From assembly GCF_947497695.1 (NCBI RefSeq), contig NZ_CANMHM010000012.1:2616-66615 (forward strand): DNA of 64,000 nt, read 5' to 3'. Below the pieces are notes generated by a model. It saw only the letters and a list, made by a program, of their open reading frames with translations, had not been told where the DNA came from and did no database searches. Made by a program: the position numbers and the translations under genes. Below are positions 27,177 through 38,200 of the stretch, one piece after another (the first letter of the stretch is position 1; each line of letters opens with the position of its first letter). Origin of the DNA: an uncultured Polaribacter sp. Lineage in GTDB: Bacteria > Bacteroidota > Bacteroidia > Flavobacteriales > Flavobacteriaceae.

Positions 27177-30100
27177 ATGACAAAGAATACTATTTTTTTA
27201 GGAGAAAATAAAGCAAACTTTCAAGCCCAAGAGGTAAAAGGAGAAATGATAAACTTTGAGAACGAAGTTTATTACAAGATTTCTAATAGCAATGAAATGA
27301 GACCTTTTTTTATGAGTATTGTCTCAGACTCTAACCACTGGATGTTTATTTCAAGTAATGGAGGTCTTACAGCTGGTAGAAAAAATAGCGAACATTCTCT
27401 TTTTCCATATTATACAGATGATAAAATTACAGAATCTGCAGATATTACAGGAAGTAAATCTATTTTTAGGGTAACTAAAAACGGTAAAACGTATTTATGG
27501 GAACCATTTACCCAAAGGCAAATCGGTTTGTATCAAACAACACAAAACGTATATAAAAATAGCTATGGTAACAAAGTTGTTTTTGAAGAGGTTAATGAAA
27601 CTTTAGGACTTACTTTTAGATATCAATGGAGCTCTTCTGATCAATTTGGATTTGTAAAAAAATCTACGTTAGTAAACAATACATCAGAAAAAATAGACAT
27701 CATATTTATAGATGGTTTGCAAAATATTATTCCTTCGGATGTTGAAACAGATTTACAAAACTCAAGAAGTAATTTAGTTGATGCTTACAAAAAAAGTGAA
27801 TTACAAAAAGAAAGTGGTTTAGGTATTTTTGCTTTAAGTGCTATTATTGTTGATAAAGCAGAGCCAAGTGAAGCTTTAAAAGCAAATATAGTTTGGTCTT
27901 ATGGTATTCAAAACCCAACCTATTTGTTATCATCTTTACAATTAGATAATTTTAGAAAAGGCAAAGAAATTTATCAAGAAGAAGATGTTAAAGCAGAAAA
28001 AGGTGCTTATTTTATTAGTACTGCAATTGTTTTAGAAGCCAATGAAACCAAAGAATGGAGCTTTGTAGCCAATGTAAATCAAACAATTGGTGATATTCAA
28101 AAAATAGCATCAGCAATAAAAAAAGATGAAAATTTAACAGAAATTATTGATAAAGATATTGACCTTGGTACTAAAAATTTAATCGCTTTAACAACTGCAG
28201 CTGATGGTTTACAACTAACCAACGACCCATTAATTAATACAAGACATTTTGCAAATACACTTTTTAATTTAATGCGAGGTGGTACTTTTGATGATGATTA
28301 TAAAATTGAAAAAGAAGATTTTAAAAAATATATAGGTAAAGCAAATAAAGAGGTTTTTAAAAGTAAAGAAGCAACTTTAAATAACTTACCAGATGTATTT
28401 ACTCTGGATGTAATTTTGGATATTGCAGAGAAAGATGCAAATAAAAATTTTAAAAGACTTTGTTTTGAGTACTTACCTTTAAAATTTAGTAGAAGACATG
28501 GAGATCCAAGTAGACCATGGAACAAGTTTTCTATAAATACTAAAAGTGAAATTGATGGTTCTAAAATTTTAGATTACGAAGGAAATTGGCGAGATATTTT
28601 CCAGAACTGGGAAACCTTAGCTCATTCGTATCCAGAATTTATTGAGAGTATGATTCATAAATTCTTAAACGCCACTACTTTTGATGGTTACAATCCTTAT
28701 AGAGTTACAAAAGATGGTTTTGATTGGGAAGTTATAGAAGAAAATGATCCTTGGTCTTATATTGGTTATTGGGGAGATCATCAGATTATTTACTTATTAA
28801 AATTCTTAGAATTTATAGAGAATCACTATCCAACTCAATTAGAAAAACGTTTTACAGAAGACATTTTTGTCTATGCAAATGTGCCTTATGTAATTAAAAG
28901 TTATCAAGAAATTTTAACAAATTCTAAAGATACTATTGATTTTAATTACAAATTACAAGAAAAAATAGAACTAAAAAGAGAAAACTTAGGAGCTGATGGA
29001 GCTTTAATAAGAGACGCAAAAAATACAATTTATCAGGTAAATTTATTAGAAAAATTATTAGCAACAGTTTTAGCAAAAGTATCTAATTTTATTCCTGAAG
29101 GAGGAATTTGGATGAATACCCAAAGACCAGAATGGAATGATGCCAACAATGCTTTAGTTGGTAATGGAGTTTCTATGGTAACTTTAAATTATTTAAATCG
29201 TTTTATAAATTTCTTTGAAAAAATAGTTGCCAAATCATCAACAGAAAAAGTAAATATTTCTGGTGAATTGGCTCTCTTTTTTAATTCTGTTGTAGTAACA
29301 TTAAATCAGCATAAAAACATACTTTCAGGCAAAGTTTCTGATACAGACAGAAAAACGATTTTAGATGGTTTAGGAGAAGCTGCAAGTTTGTACAGAACTA
29401 CTATTTATAAAATTGGTTTTTCAAGTGATAAAACTCAGGTTACAAAAACCGAATTATTAGCATTTTTTACCATCACAAAACAATATTTAGAACATACGAT
29501 TAAAGCAAATAAACGTTCTGATAATTTATATCATTCCTATAATTTAATGACCATAGAAAATGATACACAAGTATCTATTTCTTATCTGTCTGAAATGTTA
29601 GAAGGCCAAGTTGCTGTTTTAAGTGCTGGTTATTTATCATCAAAAGAAGCATTAGAGGTTTTAGATGGTATGAAAGCGAGTGCGTTGTTTAGAAAAGATC
29701 AATACAGTTATATTTTATACCCAAATAAAAACTTACCACGTTTTGATGAGAAAAACGTAATTCCGACTGTTTCTATAGAAAAATCTGAATTGTTATTAAG
29801 ATTAATGAATGATGAAAACACGCAAATAATTAATAAAGATATTACAGGTAAATTTCATTTTAATGCAAACTTTAATAATGCGAATAGTTTAAAAGAAACA
29901 TTCGAAAAATTACCAGAAAATTATACTGATTTGGTTGTAAAAGAATCAGATTTAGTACTCTCTATTTTCGAGGAAGTATTTAACCATAAAGCATTTACAG
30001 GTCGTTCAGGAACTTTCTTTGGTTATGAAGGTTTAGGGTCTATTTATTGGCACATGGTTTCTAAATTATTATTAGCAGTTCAAGAAAATTGCTTATTGGC

Positions 30101-30635
30101 TGTAAAAAATAATGAAAGTGAAGCTCTTATCGGGCAATTATTAGATCATTATTATGAAATTCAGGCTGGTATTGGAGTGCATAAATCGCCTAAATTATAT
30201 GGTGCTTTTCCTACAGATCCTTATTCTCATACACCAGCAGGCAAAAGAGCACAACAACCAGGAATGACAGGTCAGGTTAAAGAAGATGTGTTGAGTAGAA
30301 TTGGTGAATTAGGTGTTTTTGTAAAAAACGGACAAATTATCTTTAACCCAAGATTGCTTAGAGCAAGTGAGTTTGTTACATCAACAAAAAACTTTAAATA
30401 CACCAATATAAACAAAGAAGATACATCAATTGTAATAGAAAAAGATTCGCTTTGTTTTACTTATTGTCAGGTTCCAATTATTTATACCAATGCTAAAGAA
30501 GAAGGCATAAAAGTGTTTTTTACAGATGATAAAGTAGAAGAGTTTTCAAACTTGAGTCTTGATAATAAGGTTTCTAAAATGATGTTTAAAAGAACAGGAG
30601 ATATAGATAGAATTGAAGTTTCAGTAATAAAATAA
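27177..30635 (+). CDS. Cytoplasmic GH94-clan (GH149/GH161-like) beta-1,3-glucan phosphorylase candidate
   Basis: 1152 aa, no signal peptide. 'GNWRDIFQNWE' resembles the GH94 'RDxxQD' phosphate/sugar motif and 'RPEWNDANNALVG' the 'DWND' catalytic-Asp motif (recalled). Sits in the operon with GH17, GH30 and a sugar symporter. Confidence 0.5.
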   Translation: MTKNTIFLGENKANFQAQEVKGEMINFENEVYYKISNSNEMRPFFMSIVSDSNHWMFISSNGGLTAGRKNSEHSLFPYYTDDKITESADITGSKSIFRVTKNGKTYLWEPFTQRQIGLYQTTQNVYKNSYGNKVVFEEVNETLGLTFRYQWSSSDQFGFVKKSTLVNNTSEKIDIIFIDGLQNIIPSDVETDLQNSRSNLVDAYKKSELQKESGLGIFALSAIIVDKAEPSEALKANIVWSYGIQNPTYLLSSLQLDNFRKGKEIYQEEDVKAEKGAYFISTAIVLEANETKEWSFVANVNQTIGDIQKIASAIKKDENLTEIIDKDIDLGTKNLIALTTAADGLQLTNDPLINTRHFANTLFNLMRGGTFDDDYKIEKEDFKKYIGKANKEVFKSKEATLNNLPDVFTLDVILDIAEKDANKNFKRLCFEYLPLKFSRRHGDPSRPWNKFSINTKSEIDGSKILDYEGNWRDIFQNWETLAHSYPEFIESMIHKFLNATTFDGYNPYRVTKDGFDWEVIEENDPWSYIGYWGDHQIIYLLKFLEFIENHYPTQLEKRFTEDIFVYANVPYVIKSYQEILTNSKDTIDFNYKLQEKIELKRENLGADGALIRDAKNTIYQVNLLEKLLATVLAKVSNFIPEGGIWMNTQRPEWNDANNALVGNGVSMVTLNYLNRFINFFEKIVAKSSTEKVNISGELALFFNSVVVTLNQHKNILSGKVSDTDRKTILDGLGEAASLYRTTIYKIGFSSDKTQVTKTELLAFFTITKQYLEHTIKANKRSDNLYHSYNLMTIENDTQVSISYLSEMLEGQVAVLSAGYLSSKEALEVLDGMKASALFRKDQYSYILYPNKNLPRFDEKNVIPTVSIEKSELLLRLMNDENTQIINKDITGKFHFNANFNNANSLKETFEKLPENYTDLVVKESDLVLSIFEEVFNHKAFTGRSGTFFGYEGLGSIYWHMVSKLLLAVQENCLLAVKNNESEALIGQLLDHYYEIQAGIGVHKSPKLYGAFPTDPYSHTPAGKRAQQPGMTGQVKEDVLSRIGELGVFVKNGQIIFNPRLLRASEFVTSTKNFKYTNINKEDTSIVIEKDSLCFTYCQVPIIYTNAKEEGIKVFFTDDKVEEFSNLSLDNKVSKMMFKRTGDIDRIEVSVIK

Positions 30636-30658
30636 GTTTAGATAAAGGAATCCCAAAT

Positions 30659-31927
30659 ATGAAATTAATTTTTAAAATAGTCATTCTTAGTATTGTTTTG
30701 ATTTTTGGGTGTACTTCTAAAGAGAAGAAAATAGTACAGCAAAAAAGTATAATGAATGCAGCATATATTTTAGGAAATTCTGAATACTTGGCAATATCTT
30801 ATGGAGGCTACAGAGCTACTTCAAGAGATATTCAACCAACGATTACAGAGTTAAAAGAAGATCTTAAAATATTATCTGCAATGGGCATTAAAATTTTAAG
30901 AACCTACAATGTGCAGCCAAAATTGCCTCATGCAGCAAATGTTTTAGAAGCCATTCATCAACTTAAAAAAGAAGATGCTAATTTTGATATGTATGTAATG
31001 TTAGGTGCTTGGATAGATTGTTTGAATGCTTGGACAAATAAAGCTCCAAACCATAATATTGAAAGTGCACAAAATGAAGGAGAAATAGCAAGAGCAGTTG
31101 CTTTGGCTAACAAATACCCAGAAATTGTAAAAGTAATTGCTGTGGGTAATGAAGCCATGGTAAAATGGGCAGAAAACTATTACGTACAACCAAATGTTAT
31201 TTTAAAATGGGTAAACCACTTACAAAATTTAAAGAAAAACGGAGCTCTTGCTAAAGACATTTGGATTACAAGTTCAGACGATTTTTCTTCTTGGGGTGGA
31301 GGAGATGAATTGTATCATACAAAAGATTTAGAAAGTTTAATAAAAGCAGTAGATTATATATCTATGCATACTTATCCTTATCATAATTCACACTACAATC
31401 CTGAGTTTTGGAAAACACCAAATCATTTAAATAATCTTTCTGATAAAGAAAAAATAGATGCATCAATGTTAAGAGCATTCAATTTTGCTAAAAACCAATA
31501 CAATGGTGTTAAAAATTATATGAAAAGTTTAGGGGTTGATAAACCAATTCATATAGGAGAAACAGGTTGGGCAACCATTTCTAACGGACATTATGGGGCA
31601 AATGGATCAAGAGCTACAGATGAATATAAACAGGGTTTGTATTACAACTACATAAGAAATTGGACAAATAAGCAAGGAATTTCTTGTTTCTATTTTGAAG
31701 CTTTTGATGAACAATGGAAAGATGCAAACAACCCAAATGGCTCAGAAAATCATTTTGGATTGATAAATCTAAAAGGAGAAGCAAAATATCCGCTTTGGAG
31801 TTTGGTTGATGATGGAGTTTTTAAGGGTTTAACAAGAAACGGAAAACAAATTACTAAAACATACAATGGAGATTTAGAAACTTTAATGAAAGATGTTTTT
31901 GTACCTAATACAGACTATAAAAGATAA
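30659..31927 (+). CDS. GH17 beta-1,3-glucanase/transglycosylase, lipoprotein
   Basis: Lipobox 'LIFGC|TSKEKK'. 'VIAVGNEAMV' (acid/base) and 'IHIGETGWAT' (nucleophile) match GH17. Confidence 0.8.
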   Translation: MKLIFKIVILSIVLIFGCTSKEKKIVQQKSIMNAAYILGNSEYLAISYGGYRATSRDIQPTITELKEDLKILSAMGIKILRTYNVQPKLPHAANVLEAIHQLKKEDANFDMYVMLGAWIDCLNAWTNKAPNHNIESAQNEGEIARAVALANKYPEIVKVIAVGNEAMVKWAENYYVQPNVILKWVNHLQNLKKNGALAKDIWITSSDDFSSWGGGDELYHTKDLESLIKAVDYISMHTYPYHNSHYNPEFWKTPNHLNNLSDKEKIDASMLRAFNFAKNQYNGVKNYMKSLGVDKPIHIGETGWATISNGHYGANGSRATDEYKQGLYYNYIRNWTNKQGISCFYFEAFDEQWKDANNPNGSENHFGLINLKGEAKYPLWSLVDDGVFKGLTRNGKQITKTYNGDLETLMKDVFVPNTDYKR

Positions 31928-31938
31928 AATTCATCAGA

Positions 31939-33429
31939 ATGAAAACAAAATATTTTTTTTACGCACTATTTTTATTGATGATGATAAGTTGTAATCAAAA
32001 AAATAAAAAATTATCTGTTGATGTTTATGAAACCTCAGAAGCTGGAAATAAGCTAACTAAAATATCTGAATTTAAAGCAGCTGAAAATCCATCAACAATA
32101 ACCATAAATACTAATACAACATATCAAACTATAACTGGTTTTGGGGGTGCTTTTACAGAAGCTTCTGCTTATTTACTAAATCGATTGAGTAAAAAAAATA
32201 GAGATACTATTTTACAAGCTTATTTTGCAGAAGAAGGAGCAAATTATTCACTTACAAGAACCCACATGAATTCTTGTGATTTTTCATTAAGTAACTATTC
32301 GTATTCTCCTGTTCTAGAAGATGTTAATTTAGAGCATTTTACAATAAAAGAAGATATGAATGATTTAATTCCGATGATAAAAGATGCGATGAAAGTATCC
32401 AAAGACGGATTTAAAATATTTGCATCTCCTTGGACAGCAGCTCCTTGGATGAAAGATAATAACAAGTGGGTTGGAGGAAAATTATTACCAAAATATTATG
32501 ATACTTGGGCTTTATTCTTTTCTAAATATTTAAATGCTTATAAATCACAAGGAATAAATATATGGGGTTTTACAGTAGAAAATGAACCTCATGGGAATGG
32601 AAATAATTGGGAAAGTATGCATTTTACCCCAGATGAAATGACGGAATTTGTACAACACCATTTAGGTCCAAAATTAGAAAAAGATGGTTATGGAGATAAA
32701 ATTATTTTAGGATATGACCAAAATAGAGAAGGAGTTAAAGAATGGGTAGACTCTATGTATGCAACTCCAGAATCTTCTAAATATTTTGATGGAACAGCCA
32801 TTCATTGGTACGAAAGTACGTATAAGGTTTTTTCTAAAGAATTACAATATGCACACTACAAAGCACCAGATAAGTATTTAATCGAAACAGAAGGTTGTGT
32901 AGATTCTCAAGTTCCTGTTTGGCAAGATGATGCTTGGTATTGGAAAAAAGAATCTACAGATTGGGGTTGGGACTGGGCTCCAGAAGAAGACAAATATTTA
33001 CACCCAAAGTATGCTCCTGTTAACAGGTATGCAAGAGACATTATTGGTTGCCTAAATAATTGGGTAGATGGTTGGGTAGATTGGAACATGGTTTTAGACA
33101 AACAAGGAGGCCCAAATTGGTTTAAAAATTGGTGTATTGCTCCTGTAATTGTAGATCCAGAAAAAGATGAAGTTTATTTTACACCCTTGTATTATACAAT
33201 GGCTCATTTTAGTAAATACATTAGACCCAAGGCTAAAGTTATTGGCATAGAAAATACAGATAAAGAGTTACAAGTAACTGCAGCTCAAAACCCAAATGGT
33301 TCTATTGCAGTGGTGGTTTTTAATGAAGGAAAAACTAAAAAGAGTTTCAAATTACTTTTAGGAGAAAAGGAAACACTTGTAAATATAGATGCACAAGCAT
33401 TACAAACTATAATGATATCATCAAAATAA
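31939..33429 (+). CDS. GH30 beta-1,6-glucanase/glucosylceramidase-like, lipoprotein
   Basis: Lipobox 'MMISC|NQKNKK'. 'ITGFGGAFTEASAY', 'GFTVENEPH' (acid/base) and 'YLIETEGC' (nucleophile) are typical of GH30. Confidence 0.85.
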   Translation: MKTKYFFYALFLLMMISCNQKNKKLSVDVYETSEAGNKLTKISEFKAAENPSTITINTNTTYQTITGFGGAFTEASAYLLNRLSKKNRDTILQAYFAEEGANYSLTRTHMNSCDFSLSNYSYSPVLEDVNLEHFTIKEDMNDLIPMIKDAMKVSKDGFKIFASPWTAAPWMKDNNKWVGGKLLPKYYDTWALFFSKYLNAYKSQGINIWGFTVENEPHGNGNNWESMHFTPDEMTEFVQHHLGPKLEKDGYGDKIILGYDQNREGVKEWVDSMYATPESSKYFDGTAIHWYESTYKVFSKELQYAHYKAPDKYLIETEGCVDSQVPVWQDDAWYWKKESTDWGWDWAPEEDKYLHPKYAPVNRYARDIIGCLNNWVDGWVDWNMVLDKQGGPNWFKNWCIAPVIVDPEKDEVYFTPLYYTMAHFSKYIRPKAKVIGIENTDKELQVTAAQNPNGSIAVVVFNEGKTKKSFKLLLGEKETLVNIDAQALQTIMISSK

Positions 33430-33499
33430 CAGCCAAAAAATCAAATAAATCTAAAGGTTTTAAAACCTATTAGATGTAATTAACTAAAAAATAAAATTT

Positions 33500-34924
33500 A
33501 TGTCAAGCAGCATCTTAGCATCAAAAAGTAAAGTACCTATGGGTCAAAAAATTGCCTTTGGTTTAGGCATGCTTGCCAATCAAATGTTTCCTGCAGCTTT
33601 GGGTATTTTTATGGTTGTTTTAATTCAAGATTTAGGTTTCCCTACTTGGATGTGGGGAGTATTATTTTTTCTTCCAAGAGTTTTCGATTCAATATCAGAT
33701 CCTATTATGGGATTTATTTCAGACAATACAAGATCTGTTTGGGGTAGACGTAGACATTATGTGTTTTTAGGAGCAGTTATAATGGGGATTTCTTTTGCTT
33801 TGATGTGGCAATTATACAAGGTAGATACTTTAAGTTATAATTTTATGTATTTCTTATTTTGGTCTTTAGTTTTTTATTTAGGGTTAACTATTTTTTCTGT
33901 GCCTTATGTTGCAATGGGTTATGAAATGAGTGATGATTTTCATGAACGTACCAACATTATGGCAGTTGCACAATGGATTGGGCAATGGGCTTGGGTAATA
34001 GCTCCTTGGTTTTGGGTTGTTATGTACGATCCTTCTTGGTTTGAAGGTGGAGCAGCAGCTGCAACAAGAAATTTAGCAGTTTGGGTTGCTGTTATTTGTG
34101 CTATTTTAGCAATGATTCCTGCTATATTTATAAAGAGTAAGTCTACTAAAGATGATGAAAGTTTAACACCTTTAACATTAAAAACAATAGGAGGTAGTTT
34201 AAAAGAAATTTTAGTCAATTTTAAAGAAGCTTTTAAAATTCCTGTATTTAGAAAATTATGTTTTTCAACATTTTTAATATTCAATGCATTTAATACAGTT
34301 GCAGGTTTTTCATTTTTTATAGTGGTTTATTATTTATTTAATGGAGATGCAGCAGCAGCAGGTATTTGGCCAACTTTATTAGGGAGTGTTGGTGCTTTGG
34401 TAACTACTTTTTTAGTGATTCCTGTTGTGGCTAAAATATCTAAAACATTGGGTAAAAAGAAAGCTTTTTTAGTTTCTCAAGGAATTTCTGTTATTGGTTA
34501 TTTAATGCTTTGGTTTTTATTTATCCCAGGAAAACCTTATATGTTTTTATTTGCATTGCCTTTTTTCTCATTCGGAATTGGAAGTTTATTTACCTTAATG
34601 ATGTCTATGACTTCTGATGTGATAGATATTGATGAATTAAACACAGGTAAAAGAAGAGAAGGTGTATTTGGAGCAATTTATTGGTGGATGGTAAAGTTTG
34701 GTTTTGCGATTGCTGGTTTATTAACAGGAGCAATAATGGCTTTGGTAGGTTTTGTACCAGATGCAGAAAACTCAGAAGCATCTATTACTGGTATCAGATT
34801 GTTTTATTCTGGTTTACCAATTGCTGGTACTTTGGCTGCAATGTGGATTATGCGTAATTATGATTTAACAGAAGAAAAAGCATTGGAAATAAGTACAGCA
34901 TTAGAAAAGAAAAAAAATCAATAA
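33500..34924 (+). CDS. GPH-family (MelB-like) MFS sugar:cation symporter
   Basis: About 12 predicted TM helices. GPH signature 'SDPIMGFISDNTRSVWGRRR'. Confidence 0.85.
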   Translation: MSSSILASKSKVPMGQKIAFGLGMLANQMFPAALGIFMVVLIQDLGFPTWMWGVLFFLPRVFDSISDPIMGFISDNTRSVWGRRRHYVFLGAVIMGISFALMWQLYKVDTLSYNFMYFLFWSLVFYLGLTIFSVPYVAMGYEMSDDFHERTNIMAVAQWIGQWAWVIAPWFWVVMYDPSWFEGGAAAATRNLAVWVAVICAILAMIPAIFIKSKSTKDDESLTPLTLKTIGGSLKEILVNFKEAFKIPVFRKLCFSTFLIFNAFNTVAGFSFFIVVYYLFNGDAAAAGIWPTLLGSVGALVTTFLVIPVVAKISKTLGKKKAFLVSQGISVIGYLMLWFLFIPGKPYMFLFALPFFSFGIGSLFTLMMSMTSDVIDIDELNTGKRREGVFGAIYWWMVKFGFAIAGLLTGAIMALVGFVPDAENSEASITGIRLFYSGLPIAGTLAAMWIMRNYDLTEEKALEISTALEKKKNQ

Positions 34925-35091
34925 AAATAGAATATCAGTGTTCTTATAAGAAAATATAGTATTTATTTTTCATCTTTTGATAAATCTATGAAAGTTAGCC
35001 ATAATTGAAGTGTTTAATGTTATTCGAGATTTTGGAAAAAAAGTAAAAAATTGAAATTTTAAATAGCTATAAATTCTTTAACATTTATTTT

Positions 35092-35127
35092 GCGAGTTTT
35101 CTATCAATAGAAAGTTCGCTTTTTTAT
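35092..35127 (+). terminator. Terminator downstream of the symporter gene
   Basis: 'gcgagttttcta tcaa tagaaagttcgc' (12 bp including 2 G-U pairs), followed by 'ttttttatt'. Confidence 0.6.
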
Positions 35128-35230
35128 TCAATAATTTTTTAGTTGCAACTAAAAATGTATCCTAATAATTAAAGGATTGTACTAAAAACAGCAAATATTT
35201 TTTATATTTACTTTTAATACCAACACAATT

Positions 35231-38200
35231 ATGAAAACTAAATTACTTTATTTTAACGTACTATTATTTGTTGTTTTTTTTATAATTTCTTGTCAAAATA
35301 CAAAACGTAATTTATACCCAGAAACACTTGTTGGAGGCTTAGAATTATTATCCTCAGAAAAAACAGGAATTGATTTTAACAATAGCATAAAAGAAACAGC
35401 ATATTTTAACCATTATTTTTATGCTCAAATATATGTAGGTTCTGGAGTTGCAATTGGCGATTTAGATAATGATGGTTTGCCAGATATTTTCTTTGGTGGG
35501 AGCCAAGTTGGAGATAGATTGTACCATAACAAAGGTGGTTTTAAATTTGAAGATATTTCTAAATCGTCTAAAATAGTAAGAAGTCCAGGTTGGACTTGGG
35601 GTGTTACAATGGCAGATATTAATGCCGATGGGTATTTAGATATTTATGTAAGTAGAAATGGAAATTCTTTAGATATTGATAAAAGAAGAAATTTACTCTT
35701 TATAAATAATCAAGATTTAACTTTTACAGAGTCTGCAGCCTCTTATGGATTGGCAGATATAGGTTTTTCTACACAAGCTGTATTTTTTGATATGGATAAT
35801 GATGGAGATTTAGACATGTATCAAGTAAATCAACCAGCAGACAATAAAATACTACTCGTAAATAAAGTAACTCCTAAAGATGTTGAATCTTTTAAAGATA
35901 AAATTTATAGAAATGATGCTGGGAAATTTACAGATATTTCTAAAAGCACAGGTATATCTAGAGAGTTAGCTTATGGTTTAAGCGTAAACGCAACAGATTT
36001 TAATAATGATGGATTTGTAGATTTATATGTCTCCAATGATTATGCCGCTCCAGATTTTATGTATTATAATAACGGAGACGGAACTTTTAAAAATGTAATA
36101 CAAGATAAACTAAAACATTTTTCACAATATAGTATGGGTTCTGACACAGGAGATGTAAATAATGATGGTTTAATTGATCTTTTTACAACAGACATGACTC
36201 CAAATGATCATTACAGATCTAAAATGAATATGGCTACAATGAGTAGTGATGCTTTTAATGAAATCGTAAAAACAACAAATAGTTATCAATATATGACCAA
36301 TACATTACAGATAAACAATGGTGTAGGTATGTTTTCTGATATTGCAAATTTAGCAGGAATTTCTAATACAGATTGGAGTTGGGCAAGTCTTTTGTTTGAT
36401 GTTGATAATGATGGATTTAAAGATTTAATAGTTACCAATGGTATAAAAAAAGATATTGATAACAATGATGCCAAAAGAGATGTTAGTGCAAATTCTAAAA
36501 ATATTACTTATGATGAATTATTTAAATATAGTAAAAAAACTCCATCAAACCCTTTAAGTAATTATGTTTTTAAAAATAGTAAAGGTTTTGATTTTATAAA
36601 TAAAAGTGAAGACTGGGGCTTTAATACTCCAAGTTTTTCACATGGAATTGCTTATGGTGATTTAGATAATGATGGCGATTTAGATGTTGTTATCAATAAT
36701 ATGGAAAAACCTGCATTTGTATATGAGAATAAAGCTACAGGAAATTTTTTAAAAATAAAATTAGAAGGATCAGATAAAAATCAATTTGGTTATGGTGCCA
36801 AAGCTATTATTAATCATAATGGTAATTTGCAAATTGCAGAGAATAATGTAACACGTGGTTTTTTATCCTCTGTAGAGTCAGGCTTATTTTTTGGATTAGG
36901 AAAAGATACTAAAATAGAAAAAGTATCAGTTATTTGGCCAGATGGTAAAACTAGTTTTTTTAATAATATTTCAGCAAATCAAACACTTACCGCTAAATAT
37001 TCTAACGCAAAGTTAAAGGGTAAAGAAAATAAAGAAAACAGTACTTTATTATCACAAATAGATGCTAAAAAAATAGGGCTTACTTATACTCACAAAGAAA
37101 ACGAGTTTAATGATTTTGCTGATGAAATTCTTTTGCCTCACAAATTATCAACAAACGGACCTTTTTCTTCAGTTGCAGATGTAAATGGTGATGGTTTAGA
37201 AGATATATTTATTGGTGGTGCAGCAAAACAAGCAGGTATTTTGTATATACAAAACAACGATGGAAAATTTAAAGAAAGTCAATTTCAACCCTGGAGTATT
37301 GATAAAGATTCAGAAGATTTAGGGGCATTATTTTTTGATGTTGATGGTGATCATGATCAAGATTTATATGTTACAAGTGGAGGTAGCGAATTTAAAACAG
37401 GAAACCCCTTATTAAAAGACAGGTTATATATTAATGATGGTAAAGGTGTTTTTACAAAAAATTCAAAAGCAATTCCTAATATTTATGAAAGTTCACAATG
37501 TGTTAAAGCTTCAGATATTGATGCTGATGGAGATTTAGATTTATTTGTTGGTACAAGACTTATATCAGGTAAATATCCTTTTCCTGCTACAAGTTATTTT
37601 TTAATAAATGAAAATGGAACATTTAAAAAAGCAAAAGAAAGTATTGCTAAAGAGTTTCAAAATTTAGGAATGGTTACAGATGCTGTTTTTAGTGATATTG
37701 ATAAAGATGGTGATGATGATTTATTAATAGTAGGAGAGTGGATGAAAATAAAAGTGTTTAAAAATGATAAAGGAATATTTAAAGATGATTCTGTAAATAT
37801 TGGTATCACTGATCAATTTAGAAGTTTATGGTGGTCAATTACTGCCAATGATATAGATAATGATGGAGATGAAGATTATATAGTTGGTAATTTAGGTAGA
37901 AATAATAAATTTAAAGCATCAAAAGAACATCCTTTTAAGGTATATGCTAATGACTTTGACAATAATGGTACAAATGATATTGTTTTAGCTAAATATTACA
38001 AAGATAATTATGTACCTATGAGAGGAAGAGAATGCACAAGCCAGCAAATGCCCTATGTTTCAGAAAAATTTAAAGATTACCATAGTTTTGCATCTTCAAA
38101 ATTATTAGATATTCTTCCAGAAGATAAAATTGAAGGAGCTGTCATTTATCAGATAGAAAATTTTGAAAGTATTATTTTAATCAATGAAAACGGAAAACTT

